DNA from: an uncultured Acidobacteriota bacterium
GTDB lineage: Bacteria; Acidobacteriota; Terriglobia; UBA7540
Length of the DNA stretch: 64,000 bases
Assembly (NCBI GenBank): GCA_963804995.1
Contig: CAWDSK010000003.1
Coordinates: forward strand, 960,001-1,024,000
Reading direction: 5' to 3'
Below, in pieces: positions 59,185 to 64,000 of this stretch (positions within the stretch are counted from its first letter, which is position 1; every line of letters starts with the position of its first letter). Both the position numbers and the translations under genes were made by a program. The notes beneath the pieces were generated by a model. The model saw only the letters and a program-made list of their open reading frames with translations. It searched no databases and was not told the DNA's origin.

Positions 59185-59808
59185 TCAGTACCTTCCGCGC
59201 CAGGTTCCTGAAGCTTTTGCCAAACCAGGGCACACAGATTCAGGACTGGCCTCACCCAAAGCTGGCGCCCGAAACAGCGGTTTGCGTTCGAAGAGGCGTG
59301 GGTCGATTCCCCGCCAGGCGTCGGCGCGCAAGGTTGAGCCGACGAGAACCAGCGCATCGGCGCGGTGTAGGAACCGCTGCGCCGAGGGCTTGAAGTCGGT
59401 CTTCGAGCTATCGAGGACCATGATGTAGGCGGCTGGGTTCACGAATTCCAGAGCCTGGTTGCTTTCGATGATGACATGCCCTGCGCCCTCTAGAGTTTCG
59501 CGCAGGCTGCCGTAAGCTGCCGCGAAGTGCGGCTCCTCGAAACGCAGCCACAGGGCGCGCTCGGCGCCCGCGGCCAGGAATCGGCTCGTGTCCGCTTGGC
59601 CTCGGGGATTGTTCTCCTCCGTAAGGAGGAAACCCGGCGCCGTTACCTCCTCACCGTCCACTTGACCAGGAAGGAACTCCGCCCCATGCAAGTGCTGCGT
59701 GATTTTGACGGCAGTCCAACTGAGCGACGGCAACCCGCGAATCAGGCTCATGACCACGGAGGTCTTGCCGACGTTTCGCGAATGACCACCCACCACGACG
59801 ATTTTCAT
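59185..59808 (-). CDS. MobB-like P-loop protein; C-terminus possibly frameshifted (alternative end at 59133)
   Basis: GGHSRNVGKTS, WTAVKIT, DTSRFLAAGA and IIESN motifs. Confidence 0.65.
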   Translation of the reverse strand: MKIVVVGGHSRNVGKTSVVMSLIRGLPSLSWTAVKITQHLHGAEFLPGQVDGEEVTAPGFLLTEENNPRGQADTSRFLAAGAERALWLRFEEPHFAAAYGSLRETLEGAGHVIIESNQALEFVNPAAYIMVLDSSKTDFKPSAQRFLHRADALVLVGSTLRADAWRGIDPRLFERKPLFRAPALGEASPESVCPGLAKASGTWRGRY

Positions 59809-60071
59809 CTTGGCAAGTTCGCCCTGCACCGAACCAGAACGAGTATAGAAATGCACCTGGGCCGAGTCAACCCGTCAATTGGCTAGCGATCAGACCGAAG
59901 ACGTCGGTCGCGCCCACAAGCGAGGGGCTATTTGTTAGGCTGACTCGTCGCACTGTTGCTGACCGTGACGGCAGCGCCACTTTTCAGGATCTCGCAGCCG
60001 GCGGATTTCAGGAGTAAGATTGCACGTTGCGGCTCGGGCCAATTTCAAGGATGAAAGGTAAACCAGCGGAA

Positions 60072-60707
60072 ATGATTCACGAGATTATTCCTGTAGGAAT
60101 GTTGGCGTGCAACTGTTCAATTCTGGGCGACGAAGCCACGGGTGAAGCTATTGTGATCGACCCGGGCGACGACGTGGAGCAAGTCCAGCAGATTCTCGCC
60201 AAGCACGGTTTGCGCGCGAAGTACATTGTCGCCACCCACGCGCACATCGATCATGTAGGCGGAATTGAAAAGCTCAAGCAGGCCACGGGCGCCGCGGTGT
60301 TGATGCACAAGAGCGATTTGCCTCTCTATCAGAACCTCGCCATGCAAGCGGACTGGTTGGGTGTTGAAGCACCCGGCGTAGTAGATGTTGACCAGTTTCT
60401 GACGGAGGGCGAAACGCTGCGATGCGGAGGGCTGGCTCTGGAGGTCCTGCACACTCCGGGGCATTCACCCGGCAGTCTTTCGCTTCACCTGCCGGGGGAG
60501 AACGCGCGACTTTTCAGCGGCGATACTTTGTTCCAGGGAAGCATCGGCCGCACGGATCTATGGGGTGGTTCGTTCGATGAAATCCTCCGTTCCATTCAGC
60601 ACCGCCTCCTGATCTTTCCCGATGAGACACCGGTTTTCCCCGGGCATGGATTGCCGACCACGATCGGCGAGGAGCGCGAGTCGAACCCTTTTCTGCGACC
60701 AAAATGA
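60072..60707 (+). CDS. MBL-fold metallohydrolase (glyoxalase II-like)
   Basis: THAHIDHVG, TPGHSPG, SGDTLF, GRTDL and PGHG motifs. Confidence 0.92.
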   Translation: MIHEIIPVGMLACNCSILGDEATGEAIVIDPGDDVEQVQQILAKHGLRAKYIVATHAHIDHVGGIEKLKQATGAAVLMHKSDLPLYQNLAMQADWLGVEAPGVVDVDQFLTEGETLRCGGLALEVLHTPGHSPGSLSLHLPGENARLFSGDTLFQGSIGRTDLWGGSFDEILRSIQHRLLIFPDETPVFPGHGLPTTIGEERESNPFLRPK

Positions 60708-60887
60708 ATTGACCTTTCCTCCACCCATTTTTTGGGGTACTCGCGCTTTTTGGTGGGAACTAGCTCGCCACTCCCCGCTACAGCCCACATCTGGGACGCA
60801 CATCTGGGACTTGACCAGCACCTTGATTCCTGACAAATTGTCTTGTTGGGCTTTGCTGAAATTACTGTTGAGGAGCGAATTATCGCC

Positions 60888-61211
60888 GTGAATGATCCGA
60901 CCAAATTACCCGCGTTGGAAGCCCCACAGTCTGGGGCGGCATTGAAGCGTGCGGACAACGCCCTTTACCAGGAAAGCCGGTTGGTGGCCCGGGCCCTGGG
61001 GGCGGAAATCGACACGGACGCCAAGGAAGTTCATTTCCGTGAAGTGTACAACAGTGACGACCTGATCCTGCCCGAGGAATGCGAGTTCCAAAAGTATCGT
61101 CTCATGATTCAGCGCATCGCTGACGCCTCACGCATTGACAAGCAATTCCCGGAAAAAGGCAGGGTTTTGAAAGGAGTCGTCGCGGAAATCCTGGGCTATA
61201 GAGAGCAGTGA
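60888..61211 (+). CDS. Hypothetical protein
   Basis: GAGGAG upstream of the GTG at 60888 and protein-like composition; no recognised motif. Confidence 0.4.
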   Translation: MNDPTKLPALEAPQSGAALKRADNALYQESRLVARALGAEIDTDAKEVHFREVYNSDDLILPEECEFQKYRLMIQRIADASRIDKQFPEKGRVLKGVVAEILGYREQ

Positions 61212-61423
61212 CCTGGGCCATCAGTTTAGTTGCGGAAATCCTGGGCTATAGAGAGCAGTGAGCCGGATGCGCAGCCAATGCAGTGTGACCTGAGTCGCGG
61301 TACGTGTGACTACCAAGGGGGGTGTTGTAAAGCTGAGAATTACCCGAGCACGTGCCAGCCTCCCGACCCAATGGAAAAAAATTCCGGTCGGCGGTGGTAG
61401 TATGAAGATCGACGACGTTTGCG

Positions 61424-61924
61424 CTAGACCTGATGAAAGGGCATGACCTTCCAACGCCCGGAGGTCTCGCAGACGCGGCAACTACGGGGTATGCCGCCTT
61501 CCTCCTCGAGCATCGCCAGAAGCCGTTCATCAAACTTCAGGCCGACTTGGGTGGTGCAAGTCGGGCATTCCAGCACCACCCGCACCGAGAGTTGATCGCT
61601 CGGTTCCAGCGCGGGAAGTGGCACGCCCCACAAATCCTTTTCCGGGTCCAGGCACTCAACACCCCAATAGGTATACTCGGTCTTCATGTTTCGGATTTTC
61701 GCCACCACCCGAAAGGGCGCATCCTGGTAGGTAGAATGACTATAAAGGTGGATTTCCTGGTCCGGAATAAGTTGGTGAGTCATCCGAATCTTGGCACCGT
61801 GCTGATTTACCACAACGGTGACCGAATCTTCTGTAAAAACGATCCCGCGATAATCAGTCCCGAAGACTCGGATGGGGACAGATATAGCAATACGGCAACT
61901 TCGCCGGGATTGAAAATCTGGCAT
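61424..61924 (-). CDS. PilZ-like domain protein with a C-terminal CxxC...CxxC zinc ribbon
   Basis: RRSCRI (RxxxR), VNQHGA (D/NxSxxG-like), CPTC and CRVC motifs; AGGAG RBS before the ATG at 61924. Confidence 0.7.
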   Translation of the reverse strand: MPDFQSRRSCRIAISVPIRVFGTDYRGIVFTEDSVTVVVNQHGAKIRMTHQLIPDQEIHLYSHSTYQDAPFRVVAKIRNMKTEYTYWGVECLDPEKDLWGVPLPALEPSDQLSVRVVLECPTCTTQVGLKFDERLLAMLEEEGGIPRSCRVCETSGRWKVMPFHQV

Positions 61925-62168
61925 AAGTCGTACTCCTATTAAGTTTGGCCTGGTGCAAGTGGGAGGGATTGTATCCGAGAGAGCTTGGGGTTTCAAGTCA
62001 CAAAGTAGTAATTACCCTGATGGATAGGTTAGATGGCGGGTAGCCTTGGACTGGGCGGTTGGGCTTCTAATGTAGTACGTCATGGACGGATGGGTTACAG
62101 CGAGTAGCACGATCCCCCCGGCTTGGGGTCCGCGCTTTTTCTTTGGGTTGGGGGCTACGCAATTTGCC

Positions 62169-62722
62169 TCATCCTTGGCGTCGATCCCACCGATTACCGA
62201 AGCGGGGTAGTGTGTCACGGCGGGGGCAGGCCATCGGGCGATCGGGTGAACAAGGAATCGGGCCATCTGGCCATCGCGCCATCGGGTCATTTGAAGGCCG
62301 CCCAATTCTCCGTTGATTGCGACCTCATGTTCCGACCCCAACCTACCGATAACCGATACGGGGAAGTGCGTCACGGCGGGGGCAGGTCGGTGGGGGGAGC
62401 CATTGGCGATTGGGGTGGGTCCGGCAATCTTCGATTTCCGATTTTGGATTAGTGCAGTGGTCCGGCAAATTTGTGATTTGCGAATTGCGATTTGTGATTT
62501 TTGAAGTCCGTCTCTGACTCATCTTCTTAGCTAACACCACCGATAATCGATAAGGGGTGTCACGGCGGGTGGGCCATCGGTTCATTGAATCATTGGGTCA
62601 TTTAGTAATTTGGGATTTGTGATTGGCGATTTTTGAAGTCGCAGATTGGTTCATCTTTTCATTGGGACCAACCGATTACCGATGTGGGGAAGTGTGTCAC
62701 GGGCGCGGCGAAGTCGGTGGGG
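62169..62722 (+). repeat. Four diverged ~55-bp units (TCAT-N16-ACCGATWA-yCGA..GGGG..GTGyGTCACGG) separated by short-period tracts
   Basis: TCAT at 62169, 62325, 62519 and 62651; ACCGATWA exactly 20 nt later in each. Confidence 0.75.
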
Positions 62723-62998
62723 GTGCTGGTTGCTTGTTACTCCGCACAGACTCCCATGCGGTTGCGGCGCACCACTGGCGATGAGAATGCGCCGAGCGCC
62801 TTGGACTGCGGTCGCAGCAGCTACCGCTTTCCGGCTTTGGTTCATGCGGGAAATGTAGATGGGGTGGAGGGAGAATGGCGGTAGCTGCCGTTACCGCAGT
62901 CAAGGCGCCTTCGGCACGCCTACTTTCATAACAGCCTCAAGCGAGGGAGTGAGCCGCCACGCTGGCGCCCCGGCGAGTCGGGGCGATTTAGTGCTCTT

Positions 62999-63347
62999 GT
63001 AGCGCGGACCTCCGCCGTTGAGGTTCGCGGTTCTTCCTGTGCCATTTGAGCCAATGTATCGTGACGAAGAAAGAGTTGCGGCGCGACCGTCTGAGATTCG
63101 TGGGTTTGCCACATGAAGAACCGCGGACCCCAAAACCGGGGGACCGCGCTACGAAACATGGCCGCGCTACGCTTGCTGAGATTCGTGGGTTTGCCATATG
63201 AAGAACCGCGGACCCCAAAACCGGGGGACCGCGCTACGAAGCATGGCCGCGCTACGCTTGCTGAGATTCGTGGGTTTGCCATATGAAGAACCGCGGACCC
63301 CAAAACCGGGGGACCGCGCTACGAAACATGGCCGCGCTACGCTTGCT
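62999..63347. repeat. REP family A element (reverse orientation) with an 85-bp arm segment amplified three times
   Basis: ctgagattcgtgggtttgcca.atgaagaaccgcggaccccaaaaccgggggaccgcgctac starts at 63091, 63176 and 63261. Confidence 0.9.
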
Positions 63348-64000
63348 CTTTTGGTTGCGGCATCGCCGCGCTGCGCTACCGCGCTTAACGACACAGCCAG
63401 GAGTGCCTGTGCTACAGCTATGGCAGGCACAGGGGGGGCGCGGCCTGCGACTTGGGCCCCTCGTTCGCTTTGACCCAGGCAAAAAATCTACATCGGCAAA
63501 AGGTGGATCCCCGGAAGTCAGCGGTGCGCTGACTGGAAGGCGTTCAATTCATGAAGGACTCGTATCCTGTACGGCATACTTCTGGTAAATGTGCCGGCAA
63601 GGCAATCCACGTGCGATCCACATTTGGCGTTTTGGGGGCAGAAGGTAAAAACTATCGAGACTGAATCCATCGCCAGGATGGATGGGGTGTTGGCAGATAT
63701 CAAGCCCCGGCGCAACTCCGTGGTCACGGAAGAAAGTCGTGACCAATTCCCCGTCGATATGACCACAATTGGCTTTGGCCAGGTCCGCCATCCGTCTGGC
63801 GCGAGACAGGCTGTTGGGACTAAGTTTGGGGGGGACGTTCCTGATGACTCAGCCGCCGCATTTCTTCGCTCTCAAAATGGTTGGCGCGTGCAATCCAATC
63901 GACACACTCGACTGGATAGACTTTTCCTGGCACGCCTTCCACCACCCAGACCTCACCCGCAGCGTCGCCCATAAGGAATATGAATGCCCCGGCATTTCGG

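Noticed and set aside
63091..63347. CRISPR-like array
   Set aside because: The whole 85-bp unit is duplicated with no variable spacer; it is an arm of REP family A.
63480..64000. ORF 63591-63974 and overlapping short ORFs
   Set aside because: They have no recognisable motif or clear RBS, so they cannot be supported as genes.

Overview
This is a GC-rich bacterial chromosome segment, most consistent with Acidobacteriota. That assignment is inferred from gene content: an orphan PadR, a DUF4760-like protein, a standalone nuoB and an ECF sigma/anti-sigma/zinc-ribbon trio. In order it holds: (1) a minus-strand group 3d-type NAD-linked [NiFe]-hydrogenase operon, hoxE-F-U-Y-[four-helix-bundle gene]-H-W, whose HoxF carries a fused C-terminal GltD/NfnB-like flavin module; (2) a repeat-dense gap with a frameshifted PadR; (3) a Tat-exported PHP-like metallohydrolase; (4) a Wzy-type exopolysaccharide cluster (wza, wzc, TPR protein, ligase/polymerase, rfbABDC, a geranylgeranyl-reductase-like flavoprotein, priming GT, WecB/TagA GT, RGP/GT75-like protein); (5) tRNA-Asn and tRNA-Val; (6) a MocR-decarboxylase-pdxS-pdxT unit and assorted housekeeping genes. 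The most striking non-coding signal is that many gene junctions carry pairs of inverted arrays with a 7-nt period. The heptamer differs from site to site, and the pairs bracket cargo: a four-helix-bundle gene, a decayed toxin-antitoxin fragment, MITEs and REP doublets nested inside one another. One such nested hairpin is in frame at the start of hoxW. Near the right end are four diverged units sharing an exact TCAT-N16-ACCGATWA motif that resembles a sigma28 promoter. Three or four single-base frameshifts probably reflect assembly error. All protein calls come from motif recognition, not database searches.
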